From: Macrostomum lignano | Lineage: Eukaryota | Direction of reading: 5' to 3' | NCBI GenBank assembly: GCA_002269645.1 | Contig: NIVC01000463.1 | Coordinates: forward strand, 1 to 64,000 | Length of the DNA: 64,000 nt | Shown: one piece after another, positions 13,607 to 25,939 of the stretch | Layout: each line of letters starts with the position of its first letter | Position numbering within the stretch: position 1 is the stretch's first letter | Program-made: the position numbers and the translations under genes | Notes under the pieces: generated by a model | Seen by the model: the letters and a program-made list of their open reading frames with translations, nothing else | Databases searched by the model: none | Told to the model about the DNA's origin: nothing

Positions 13607-14445
13607 ATGCTCGGTCAGCAACACAAAAGCGGCACGGGATGCGTCATCATGATTGCTTGTTTTCTCATCATGAGCTTTATCTCAGCTACCTGTCTGGCTC
13701 TGCCTCAGCAGAGTCGAGATGGCGCTTCGAACGTAGTCGACTTTGAAAACGAGGGCGACTTCTCGGACGCTGCTAGCTCTGTTCCGACTGACGACCAGTT
13801 CGAGCGCGTGAGTAAATAGTTTACTTACTCAGGTGGGTTCGTAGAGAGCCTCTAATACGAGCGTCTTATACGTGCATCATCGTAGATTTACAGAACAGGC
13901 GAGAGCCTAAACTCTCTAAAGGTCCGATCGTGGAGAGCCCCGATTTTTTGGGAGACTCGTAGGAGTCCAAAACTTTTGGAGGCTTCGTTGAGAGCTTTTG
14001 TTGCAGCTATTAGAGATGTTTATAGATAGAGAGCCTCAACGCGTAGAAAGATTCGTCTTGCAAAGAAGTAGGAGCCTAAATAAGGTCTACATAAATGTAA
14101 GAGCGTCGAGAGCCTCAAAGTAAATGGAGAGTGAAAATTCTGTCTGTCGATTTTTCGAAAATCTCCTGAAATCTCCGTAATTCCATTACGATGAGAGCCT
14201 CAACTCTTCAAACAGTTCGTAGGGAGCCTCAACTCTAGGGCCTTTGGTACGTAAAATAGCAAGAAACATAAGAAGCCAATTCAATAATCCGATTCCAGCG
14301 TCGTGAGCTGATGCAGAAGATTCGCAGCTTCCTGCTCCATCATCGGGGCCAATCGCCGAGCAATCAGGAGCTGCGGAAGCGCCACTCTGGCACAATGTCA
14401 ATGAAGAAGATTCGGACGATGTTCGACATGCTTCGCACCGGTTGA
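13607..14445 (+). CDS. Two-exon amidated neuropeptide precursor (115 aa)
   Basis: join(13607..13807,14299..14445), donor CGC|GTGAGT, acceptor TTCCAG|, phase 0. Hydrophobic signal CVIMIACFLIMSFISATCLA, acidic spacer, RRR-ELMQKIRSFLLHHRGQSPSNQEL-RKR-HSGTMSMKKIRTMFDMLRT-G-stop. Upstream acceptor at 13588; AATAAA at 14647-14652. Confidence 0.8.
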
Positions 14446-14869
14446 GATTGAGAACATCTATCAAATAGTTGAGGCTCTACTCAATTATTGATCGTCTAAT
14501 TGGCAAACAGATTTTTAACTAACCTTCGTGTTGCTTGCTGACAGCTATTTTATTAACCATCCTCGCTAGCTCCGTCTCGCTTAAACTTAGACCAGCGTAT
14601 CCATAGCGACTGTAGAAGCTGAGTAATGTTCAACTTTAGACAGAAAAATAAACCCGTGTACTGGCGATTTTGCTTTGCCATGTTGTAGGCCCCGAGTCGG
14701 GAACCTATTGCCTCACTTCAGTTGAGCATTCACTGATTTTTTCTTTTGACTACAACGGAGTCACTTCCGGGTTTTTAAAGCACATGCAGTACTTTTCATT
14801 TATCGCAAATGACACAGCTTCGATCACAGATTTTACTCCAAAGTTCACTTAGCAGTGAACGCAAACAGA

Positions 14870-15445
14870 TCACCCAAGAGTGGCACACAGATCACCCAAG
14901 AGTGGCACACAGAAGTCACTCAAGAGTGTCACACAGAATTCACTCGTGAGTGTCACACAAGTTACCCAAGAATGGCACACAAAAGTCACTCAAGAGTGTC
15001 ACACAGAATTCACTCGTGAGTGTCACACAAGTCACCCAAGAGTGGCACACAAAAGTCACCCAAGAGTGGCACACAAAAGTCACTCAAGAGTGTCACACAG
15101 AAGTCACCCAAGAGTGTCACACAGAAGTCACTCAAGAGTGTCACACAGAAGTCACCCAAGAGTGTCACACAGAAGTCACTCAAGAGTGGCACACAGAAGT
15201 CACTCACGAGTGTCACACAGAAGTCACTCAAGAGTGGCACACAAAAGTCACTCGCGAGTGTCACACAGAAGTCACCCAAGAGTGTCACACAGAAGTCACT
15301 CACGAGTGTCACATAGAAGTCACTCGTGAGTGTCACACAGAAGTCACCCAAGAGTGGCACACAGTTACTCAAGAGTGTCACACAGAATTCACTCGTGAGT
15401 GTCACACAGAAGTCACCCAAGAGTGGCACACAGTTACTCGAGAGT
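14870..15445. repeat. 24-bp minisatellite GTCACACAGAAGTCACTCAAGAGT
   Basis: Period 24. Confidence 0.95.
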
Positions 15446-16108
15446 GTCAAGTAGGCCCTAATCAAGTCAAAGTAATTTCCTACATGTACTGCAATCATAT
15501 TGACTTCATATTTTCCAGAATCTTCCCTCAAACACAATAGCCATTTGCGTCAGACTGAGGTCTAACCGAACAGATAATGACAGACAATGCGACACAAAAC
15601 TCAAAGGCAGCCTGAGAGACAAGGGCGAAAAAATCAAGAAAACTCAGTTATGTGATTTTTGCTTTTTGCTTAACTGCATGTTTATTAAAGGATAGAATTC
15701 TGTCAGGTAGGGGAAGTCAAGGCGCAAAAACTAGACAAATTGTAGTGCGCGTGCACACTTCTACCGTATTAGCGTTGAAGATCTACCTTCTGAAAAAGAA
15801 ACTAGATTTCGTAAAAACAGCACTTTTCATTCCGGAAAATTACCCTATCTAAATTTTATCTAAACATTTTCTGGATTCCAAATTCAAAGCAATAAAAAGT
15901 CTATATATTTTTTCGACCAAAAATACGTGAAAAGCTATCACTTAATCGCTTGTTGAGAGGACATGCGCTTTTAAAGGGCTGTCTATTACAGCACTAGCGT
16001 AATAATAGAACCCAAGGCAAAGTTAATTAGCTATATTCCTTTGCAACGACTGTCATCGCAAAAAAGTATTCACTTTTTTTCAGAGATTTTCTTCTTGCGT
16101 CTTCCGGT

Positions 16109-19100
16109 TCAGTAGGCCGAACCAGACTTCATTATTCTGCCTTGGATTGTGTTGGGCACGACTGGAATGCGAAGAAATTATCGTTATAAATTACGGATTC
16201 TTGTGATAATAAATTTCTGTTATAACCATGCCCTTCTTCTATTACTATCAGTAGGAACTTTGCGAATGACTTAAATAGAACGCGACTCTAGAAGCCTGTT
16301 TGAATAGGACTGTATGAAAAGAACAGTTAGACATGACAAGCTACATAGTGAAGGTGAGAAGCTACCTGTTAGGGACATGAGAAAGCCACCAGTTAGAGAC
16401 ATGAGAAGCCACCTGTTAGAGTCATGAGAAGCTACCTGCTAGAGACATGAGAAGTTACCTGCTAGAGACATGAGAAGCTACCTGTTAGAGACATGAGAAG
16501 CTACCTGCTAGAGACATGAGAAGCCACCTGTTAGGGACATGAGAAGCCACCTGCTAGAGACATGAGAAGTTACCTGCTAGAGACATGAGAAGCTACCTGC
16601 TAGAGACATGAGAAGCTTCCTGTTAGACACACTGACTAAGCTAACCTGAAGCAGTTGGTTATGAATGCATGGGCCTGATCTGACCCCTTAACCACAGCTC
16701 CCCCCTCAGCTCACGCGGTGCGGGCTGCCTATCTTCGAACCAGTACTTGGTTCCAGTTTTGGCACGTTGCAGCGCCTGCGATCTGTACAAATCGCCTCGG
16801 CTGGCGGAGCCCAGAGGGATTCCGGCGGCGTTGCGCGGCTGCACCTTTGGCGCCAGGCGGCTGTTGACGCTGAGGCCGCCGAACCCGGCAGCTCCCGGGT
16901 AGCCGTGCGGAGGAAAGCGGCGACAGTCGTCCTCCTTGACGTTGCCTGGTCGGGGGGGAAGGGGGGTGAGTTGCTGCTGAAACTGTGACTTTTTGCTACT
17001 AATAGTAGTTGCCCATTTTAATTAGATTCGATAAATATGCTGAAAAATTCCAGTGTAAAAAGTCAGATGTCAGTGTCAGAGGTCAGATGTCAGTGTCAGA
17101 AGTCAGATGTCAGTGTCAGAAGTCAGATATAAGTGTCAGAAGTCAGATGTCAGTGTCAGAAGTCAGATATAAGTGTCAGAAGTCAGATGTCAGTGTCAGA
17201 AGTCAGATATAAGTGTCAGAAGTCAGATGTCAGTGTCAGAAGTCAGATGTCAGTGTCAGAAGTCAGATGTCAGTGTCAAAAGTCAGATGTCAGTGTCAGA
17301 AGTCAGATGTCAGTGTCAGAAGTCAGATATCAGTCTCAGTGTCAGATGTCGGTCAGTGTCAGTGTCAGTTTTAGTGTCAGATGTCGGTCAGTGTCAGTGT
17401 CAGTTTCAGATGTTGGTCAGTGTCAGTGTCAGATGTCGGTGTCAGAAGTCAGGTGTCGGTGTCAAAGGTCAGATACAGTGTCAGAAGTCAGGTGTCGGTG
17501 TCAGAGGTCAGGTGTCGGTATCAGAGGTCTGATGTCGGTGTCAAAGGTCAGATGTCAGTGTCAGAAGTCAGATGTCGGTGTCAGAGGTCAGATTTCAGTG
17601 TCATCTTTTCATATCTTCGCACAGAAACCCGGTAGGTAGAGGCAGCGCCACTCACCGTCGATAAACATGATATTGTTGCCCAAATTGCCGGTGCACTGCC
17701 GCACGTGTCGCCAGCAGCTGCCGTTACGACCCGAACGAAACACCGGCGATCCATCCAGTGGATGCGCCTGCTGCTGCGAGCGCGACTGCGACAGCGCCGG
17801 CTCAAGGAGGCGCAGCTGAGCCGGGTCCAGCACCGGCAGGGTCTGGTAGCCGGGCAGTTGCCATGGAGACAAGAGCACGAATGGCTGCTGCTGCTTCTGT
17901 CCGTTGCCAGCAGTCGGTCCGCTCTGAACTCCAGGCACATAGTAGGGGTAGAAAAGGGCGCCACCGGCTGACGCCAGGCCGCCCGGCTGATCAGCTTCGG
18001 TGCCCTGGCTGGCGCTGACACCCATGGCCGGCGGCAGGGCCGCGTCGGTCTGCGTTTAATTAATTATTATAGTGGGGATTAACTACTTAGTAAATTGAGT
18101 TTATTAGTAGTATAAAAGAGTTTAATTCACTAAATATTATGGTTACCTAATTTGATTTTTGAAATTCAGATATGCGAATATGTTGCTGGTTGAACTCTCG
18201 ACTTACAGAGAATTTTTAGAATCCGGATAATTATCGAAGAGAGAGAGAGAGTTAGGAAATCCAGGTGATTATCGAATAGCGACTTAAATTCTCACCGAAA
18301 AAACCCAAGGAATCGAAAACTAGAAAATCATCAGAAGATCCGCTTCTCATCACACCCTACCTGAATCTCCATATTTCTCTTCATCGCGCTGGGCGCCCGC
18401 CGGATGGGCACGTACTGCGGCCAGCAGGAGGCGTCCGCGGTGGATCTCAGCGACATCTGGGATCCGGATCTGGAGTGGGGAAAAGTGCAACACGATGACT
18501 CAGCAATAGCTTACTGCTAGCAGAGGGTGCGTGATGTGCCATGCCAGCGGCCCAGGCTCGATTCCAAGTGCAGTCGCATTAATTTGGGGCTGAATTGGAA
18601 TCTCGGCTTGGCTCTGCGCGTGCAATTAACGGCCTTGATACCAATACCCCCCAAGGCACAGATTGTGTACATGACTGACGATTAAAAAGTCAGTGGGCAG
18701 CTGTACACCTTGTGTGAGCGCGTGTATGAGAGTGCCTGCTGGCTAAAGAAATGCAAAACCCAATCCAACTCATTAAGCGAAGTGAAAGTCTAGACTGCAG
18801 CTGCGGACCTCTGTTTGAGCAATGCCGTGTTTAAACAAAAACTGTCTACGAAATTGGAGCTGCATGGTCTCAGAACTAAAGTGCAATATTCTAAGCTAGA
18901 GGCAGGATTCAATGTAGGATTCCAGGAATTTCTAAGACACTTAGCGCCTGCATTTCTAAGAAAATTGCTGCTAATTATATTACTAAGATAGTTGACGCTT
19001 ACATTTCTAGAACAGTTGACGCTTACATTTCTAAGACAGTTGACGCTTACATTTCTACCACAGTTGACGCTTACATTTCTAAGACAGTTGACGCTTACAT

Positions 19101-19980
19101 TTCTACCACAGTTGACGCTTACATTTCTAAATCAGTTGACGCTTACATTTCTAAAACAGTTGACGCTTACATTTCTACCACAGTTGACGCTTACATTTCT
19201 AAAACAGTTGACGCTTACATTTCTAAATCAGTTGACGCTTACATTTCTAAAACAGTTGACGCTTACATTTCTACCACAGTTGACGCTTACATTTCTAAAA
19301 CAGTTGACGCTTACATTTCTAAATCAGTTGACGCTTACATTTCTAAAACAGTTGACGCTTACATTTCTACCACAGTTGACGCTTACATTTCTAAAACAGT
19401 TGACGCTTACATTTCTAAAACAGTTGACGCTTACATTTCTACCACAGTTGACGCTTACATTTCTAAAACAGTTGACGCTTACATTTCTAAGACAGTTGAC
19501 GCTTGCATTTCTAAGACAGTTGATGCTTGCATTTCTAAGACAGTTGAAGCTTACATTTCTAAGACAGTTGACGCTTACATTTCTAAGACAGTTGATGCTT
19601 ACACTACTAGGACAGTTGACGCTTACATTTCTAAGACAGTTGACGCTTACATTTCTACCACAGTTGACGCTTACATTTCTAAGACAGTTGATGCTTACAC
19701 TACTAGGACAGTTGATGCTTACATTTCTAAGACAGTTGATGCTTACAATTCTAAGACACTTGGCGCTTACACTTCTAAGACACTTAGCGCTTACATTTCT
19801 AAGACAGTCGGTGCTTACAATTCTAAGATAATTGACGCTTACTTATCTAAGACAGTTGACTTAAGACCAAACCAACTGTACATGCATTTACCTTCTCGGC
19901 AGCCCGCCAGCCTCAGTTCGCTGCTGCAAGCCAACTCCACTCGGGCCGGCAGTTTTCGGCCGTTGAATTCCACTGCTCAT
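16109..19980 (-). CDS. Uncharacterised Pro/Gly/Gln-rich protein (~291 aa, 5 exons)
   Basis: complement(join 19980..19892, 18469..18361, 18049..17656, 16945..16715, 16161..16109). All junctions GT-AG with consistent phases (2,0,1,1). MSSGIQRPKTAG...CWRHVRQCTGNLGNNIMFIDG...KYWFEDRQPAPLVPNTIQGRIMKSGSAY*. Minus-strand AATAAA near 15685. Confidence 0.7.
16345..16625. repeat. 23-bp minisatellite GAGACATGAGAAGCTACCTGCTA
   Basis: Direct inspection; intronic. Confidence 0.9.
17060..17600. repeat. 20-bp minisatellite AGTCAGATGTCAGTGTCAGA
   Basis: Direct inspection; intronic. Confidence 0.9.
18540..18745 (+). mobile_element. SINE family copy (5'-truncated)
   Basis: Near-identical to 34250-34430 (GCTCGATTCCAA...ATTAATTTGGGGCTGAATTGGAATCTCGGCTTGGCTCTGC...GTGTACATG...GCTGTACAC). 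Confidence 0.8.
18930..19860. repeat. 24-bp minisatellite CAGTTGACGCTTACATTTCTAAGA
   Basis: Period 24; source of the LTLTFLRQ pseudo-ORF. Confidence 0.95.
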
Positions 19981-20689
19981 GCCTTTTTCGAGAATTATTC
20001 CAGTTAGGTTAATTAGACTAATTAGTCCTCTAAGCACTGCTCTATATATCAGCTTATAATTTTATCTACGGCTACTGCTACGGCTACGGCAGGTTTTAGG
20101 GACAGCAGAGCTTCAGAAGAAAACGGTCCTCAGAATTTAGTGCCAATCAGAGCTAGAGGCATGATGAAGGAGAAACTGGGAGAGAGGCGGAGAGAGAGGG
20201 ACTGTAAACTGCACAGAGTTTAAGAAATATATCTGATAGCTAGACAAAAAAGAACAATAGAAACCTATGCTTGCTGCAAGGGGGGTTAATTCTTTGCATG
20301 GAGCCTAGGCGAGAGAGTGGAATGACAATATGACGGTTTGCCGGTTTTCATTCAAGCTACCTGCAGTTGCTGGGCAGAGCTGGGAGGGGAGGTGGGTTGG
20401 CGTCACAGAGCGGCAGGTTGGTCCTAAGCAACAGGCCTGAGAAAATATGAAAATTAAGATACTGACTGCCCGATGAAGCTGCATTTTAACTGTCTTGTCA
20501 ATGTACTCTGTACTCTGCTTCGCTCAACATTTTAAGCAGGTGCAATTTTATCTCAACGGTGAGAAACAGTGCAGGCTCAAATTCGTTAACACGTATTGAT
20601 GAGGCCAAGAAGTTCTGCAGCTAAAGAAGTGAATTTAGAATTTTGTCTGCTAAACTGGGTGCATTTCAACGTCAGTCGATTTCATAATG

Positions 20690-20790
20690 AGCCGGGGGTC
20701 CGGAGACCCGGGGGTCAGGAGACCCGGGGGTTAGGAGACCCGGGGGTCAGGAGACCCGGTGGTCAGGAGACCCGGGGTCAGGAGACCCAG
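20690..20790. repeat. 17-bp repeat GGGGTCAGGAGACCCGG
   Basis: About 5-6 units. Confidence 0.8.
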
Positions 20791-21969
20791 ACGTTCTCAA
20801 AGAAAAAGTCAAATGTTTTAAATCAAGGCACGCTTCAATTTGATATAAACATTATCAAAGCAAAATTAAATTTATCCACTAAAATTTTATTTACTTTATA
20901 GATAATTTCCTATAGGGGTCTCAACAAAGGAGAATCACAAAAAGAGCTTTAAAAAATAAGATATACTTTTTAAATTACAACCTACCCAGCAGCAAACAGA
21001 GCAAATTAAGGGTAGGAATGAAAATAAGCTAATTGTATCGTATGCACATACTGTACTACTTGTGTGCAATATAATTCGCGTGTTAACAAGAATTTTAACC
21101 GCAAAACAATAAATATTAATTACACTATCTGAAAATGTTGATTCCAAAATAGCAAGGAAAAAGTAGCTTAGCAATAAAATGAAAAATGCGACACAAAAGT
21201 ATTTGAGAAAATAAAAATACAACAGAACGATATCAGCTAATTTTAGCAATTAGTGATATTTCTTTTTTTCTAAATTCAGAACAACATAAAATACTACTTA
21301 GTGCTGTGGCACAGCAGTAGTTTAGATTGATATTATGAGAATCTGGTGATTTACAAGATACATATAGACTACTATTATTACAATATATGGACTAGATTTG
21401 AGAAATATACTAATCTATTAAGAATTCAGTAAAAAACAATTCAGAATTCAAGCGCCTATCATACTACTAACAGTGAAAATTCCTCGAATATATAAAAAGG
21501 AAGAAATTAATATCATTAATTATAGTTTGTGATACAGCTTAAAACGTTAGTTTAAACAAAAATAAATTTATTTACGATATGAAATTTGAACAATTTGAAA
21601 GTGTGCAATTGCAAGCGATGATTCAGTAGTATATTATGCACATATGTTTATAGTGTTCTTCGAGCGCAATAAATACGCAATACTTAAAGTGAAAAATAGA
21701 ATGCTGTGCATAACAGAAAATCGTGAATTGCATTGACTTTGTGAGATCGGCGCAAATCTACCAATAGACTATGAAATAACAGAAGTGCACAGTGCTCTGG
21801 CATGCTGGTCCAGCTCTCTGTCAAGGGTGAGTCCTGTAAGCCAAATTATAAAAATGCAGCAACTCGCTTTCGTCTCGGAAGGAGGGCAGAAATTCGAGCT
21901 GTCAATGGGTCTGAAGAGGTAAATAGTTGTAATAATCTGGTTAGGTGCGAAGAAGTGAGGTCTCCTGAG

Positions 21970-22300
21970 GGGACATTTTATGACACTGATCCCATTATAC
22001 TATAAAGGGATACTTTATGAAACTATAATCCCATTATAATTTAAAGGGATACTTCATCACACTATAATCACATCATACTATAAAGGGGATATTTTATGAC
22101 AATAAAATCCCATTATACTTTAAAGGGATATTTTATGACGCTATGATCCCATTTTACCATAAAGGGGATGTTTTATGACACTATAATCCCATTATACTTT
22201 AAAGGGGATAATTTATGACACTATAATCCCATTATATTTTAAAGGGATACTTTATGACACTATAATCCCATTATACTATAAAGGGGATATTTTATGACAC
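21970..22300. repeat. ~38-bp minisatellite TATGACACTATAATCCCATTATACTATAAAGGGATATT
   Basis: Direct inspection. Confidence 0.85.
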
Positions 22301-22344
22301 CAGAGCAGTAGTATAATACGCGCATACCCTCTATAACAAAGAGC

Positions 22345-22571
22345 TCAATCCACAGTAGAATACTGTAGCTGTTGTAATTCTTCAACTAGGCCACCAATCG
22401 CAGTGGACACATCGTCCGCGGCATGGAACAGATGCCGCACTGGGTCTTGCTGTTGATGCTGTTGTTGCTGTTGTTGCTGATGTTGCTGATGATGTTGATG
22501 ATGCATAATTTGCAAACTATGGTAAGGATGCTGCTGCTGCTGTTGCTGGGCATAATAATGAGGATATTGTG

Positions 22572-22603
<32 letters not shown>

Positions 22604-25600
22604 ATGTTTGGCAGAGCTGCTGGCACCGAACGCGAGGCGGCCGCGGCAGACTGAGCCCGATAATAGGTATCGGCCATAGACAGTCTGGCCATCAGCTGTT
22701 CAAGCTGCTGCATAAGATCTCGCCTGGACTCCTGCAGACGGCCCATCCTGTCCTCAAGTTGATCTTTGCGCTGTCTGAGATGTCGCAACTCGCCAAGGAG
22801 GCTGTTCTGATTTATGATCAGCTGATCCTGGCTGTGACTCTGCTGTTCCCGCAGCTGAGCCGACTGCAATTTTAACTGTTCAATCTCTGCAAGCATGCGT
22901 TCGTTTTGACGTTCCAAGTCGCGAATTTTGCGCTCCTGAGCTCGCGCCTGCGCCAGATCGGCAGCCGAAGCGGCTAAAGCGGCCGCGCCGCCATCGCCGC
23001 CAATGGCGCCGACTGGAAAAGCGCCGGAATTGGCGCCGGCTGCGCCATTTAATTGTAGAGCGGCCGCGTACCTTGAGGGTTGGCGCCGAGGGGGCTTCAT
23101 CAGAAAAGAACGTCTGTTTTCTAAGAATGGCGTCTATTTCTAAGAATGGCGTCTATTTCTAAGAATGGCGTCTGTTTCTAAGAATCACGTCTGTTTCTAA
23201 GAATCACGTCTGTTTCTAAGAATCACGTCTGTTTCTAAGAATCACGTCTGTTTCTAAGAATCACGTCTGTTTATAATAATTACGTCTGTTTCTAAGAATC
23301 ACGTCTGTTTCTAAGAATCACGTCTGTTTATAAGAATTACGTCTAGTCCAAGAATTACGTATGTTTCTAAGAATGACGTCTGTTTCTATGAGTGACGTCT
23401 TTTTTCTAAGAATCATGTCTGTTTCTAAGAATGACGCCTGTTTCTAAGAATGACGCTTGTTTCTAAGAATGACGCCTGTTTCTAAGAATGACGCCTGTTT
23501 CTAAGAACGACGCCTGTTTCTAAGAATGACGCCTGTTTCTAAGAATGACGCCTGTTTCTAAGAATGACGTCTGTTTCTATGAGTGACGTCTATTTTCTAA
23601 GAATCACCTGTTTCTAAGAATCACGTCTGCTTCTAAGAATGATGTCTATTTTCTAAGAATTACGTCTGTTTTTAGAAACGACGTCTATTTCTAGGAATGA
23701 CATCTGTTTTCTAAGAATAAAGCTTAGTTCTTAAAATTAACTCCATTTTTAAGAACATTTTTAGTACAAAACTTTCTAATAATATTGTAGCTGTTTTTGA
23801 AACAACGAAATTTTTATAAAAAAAGAAACGACTTGCTCTATTTAAAAAAAACATTACTTTTTGTCGATATTAAACCTTCAAAAAGAGACTCAGGTTGGTC
23901 TTCAAGAAACACGGTCAAGAAGAGAGTAATTTTTGACCCCCTACCTGGCAATTAACCGATGTTCGTCATCCAATCGCTGTTGCTGCTGTTGTTGTTGCTG
24001 CTGCCCAGACACAAAGGCATTCGTAGTCACAGTCAGTGCACCAGTAGCGAGACTTGCTGGAGCCCACGCGTTAATCCCTTGCTGCTGCTGGTGCTGCTGA
24101 TGCTGCACTGCTTGCATAGCCAGCCCATCCGACATCATTGGCTGAGCTATTGAAGCCGCAGAAAAAGGCGCAATACTAACAGAAGCAGCTGTAGCAGCAA
24201 TTGATGGCATTGCTGAAGTCCCACCGTCAACATGCTGCAGACTGTGCGACAGCTGGGTGAGCTTGCCGGGTCTGCCCAGGCTGCCTCCTGCGGGTGGTTG
24301 TGGGGGGGAGGCCCCGGGTTCGATTCCTCGTTAATTTCGAAGGACCCGGGCTCGATACCAGATATGGCGTAAGAGGACCCAGGTTTGATTCCGGGTAGGG
24401 TGTCAGAGGGCCCGGGTTTGATTCCATGTAGGGTGTCAGAGGGCCCGGGTTTGATTCCAGGTATGGTGTCAGAGGGCCCGGGTTCGATTCCAGGTAGGGT
24501 GTCAGAGGGCCCGGGTTCGATTCCAGGTAGGGTGTCAGAGGACCCGGGTTCGATTCCAGGTAGGGTGTCAGAGGACTAGTTTTAAACTTAGAAAATCTGA
24601 TGTAACTAAGGAAAATAGGAGAGGGTGCATCAGTCTATATCTGCACTTTATTATTGACAGTACTTGGATTGCATTAGAGCACAGTCTTAGACTATGCATG
24701 CATATATATATATATAATGCATATGGATAGTTCTCAATTTTCACCCAAAACTATAAAAGCAAACGCCCAGCAAAGTCAAGCATTCGTAATGAAATCAAGG
24801 AGAGACAGGGGGTGAGAGAGGAATTCGGAGAAATTCAATTTACTGCAACTCTGAGCGACACTGCCACAACCGCAGCCATGGGGCTAACAAATCACTTTTT
24901 TTGAGACTGTGCACCGCTTCATTAGCCCTTTGGGACAGGGCGATTGACAGTAAATAGTGCATTTTAGCTGCGGGATGGATAGAGTACCTCATAACTCATA
25001 GTTATCCCGAATCTCCCAGATCCCCTCCTAGCCATCCAAATCTCCCAGATCCCTTCATAGTCATCCCAAATCTCCCAGATTCCCTTCTAGTCATCCCAAA
25101 TCTCCCAGATTCCCTTCTAGTCATCCCAAATCTCCCAGATTCCCTTCTAGTCATCCCAAATCTCCCAGATTCCCTTCTAGTCATCCCAAATCTCCCAGAT
25201 TCCCTTCTAGTCATCCCAAATCTCCCAGATCCCCTCCTAGCCATCCAAATCTCCCAGATTCCCTTCGTCATCCCAAATCTCCCAGATTCCCTTCTAGTCA
25301 TCCCAAATCTCCCACATTCCCTTCTAGTCATCCTAAATCTCCCAGATCCCCTCCTAGCCATCCAAATCTCCCGAATCCCCTCCTAGTCATCCCGAATCTC
25401 CCGAATCCCCTCCTAGTCATCCCAAATCTCCCGAATCCCCTTCTAGTCATCCCAAATCTCCCAGATCCCCTTATAGCCATCCGAAATCTCCCAGATCCCC
25501 TCCTAGCCATCCCAAATCTCCCAGATCCCCTTCTAGTCATCCGAAATCTCCCGAATCCCCTTATAGTCATCCGAAATCTCCCGAATCCCCTTATAGTCAT

Positions 25601-25900
25601 CCCAAATCTCCCAGATCCCCTTATAGTCATCCCAAATCTCCCAGATCCCCTTATAGTCATCCCAAATCTCCCAGATCCCCTTATAGTCATCCGAAATCTC
25701 CCGAATCCCCTTATAGTCATCCGAAATCTCCCGAATCCCCTTATAGTCATCCCAAATCTCCCAGATCCCTCTCCATCAGCCTCACCAGTGGCAGTCAGAC
25801 TCTGGTTCATTGACGCGGGCGGAGGCGGAGGCGGTACAATGTGAGTCAGGTCAAGCATCGGGCCGCTGTCCTGTGGATCCAACAGCGCCGCGGCCGTCGT

Positions 25901-25939
<39 letters not shown>

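Noticed and set aside
13833-13900. Exon starting at the AG at 13832
   Set aside because: It would need a 25-nt intron and hits TAG after three codons; the 14298 acceptor gives a coherent precursor.
13840-14230. CRISPR-like repeat-spacer pattern
   Set aside because: The repeat core is only 8-12 nt and degenerate, the context is a eukaryotic intron, and there are no cas genes.
14301-14468. Selenoprotein-like frame with in-frame TGA (…PAS*ADAEDSQ…)
   Set aside because: It is an alternative frame of the prohormone exon 2; it has an upstream TAG in frame and no evident SECIS.
24305-24575. Functional tRNA genes
   Set aside because: Only T-arm/B-box halves are present, with no D-arm, acceptor stem or anticodon arm. 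The 34203 and 58051 heads are SINE-type for similar reasons.
25328-25785. [10 protein letters not shown]-repeat extension of ORF 25328-26110
   Set aside because: It is read-through into an intronic 30-bp minisatellite beyond the G|GTGAGG donor at 25786.
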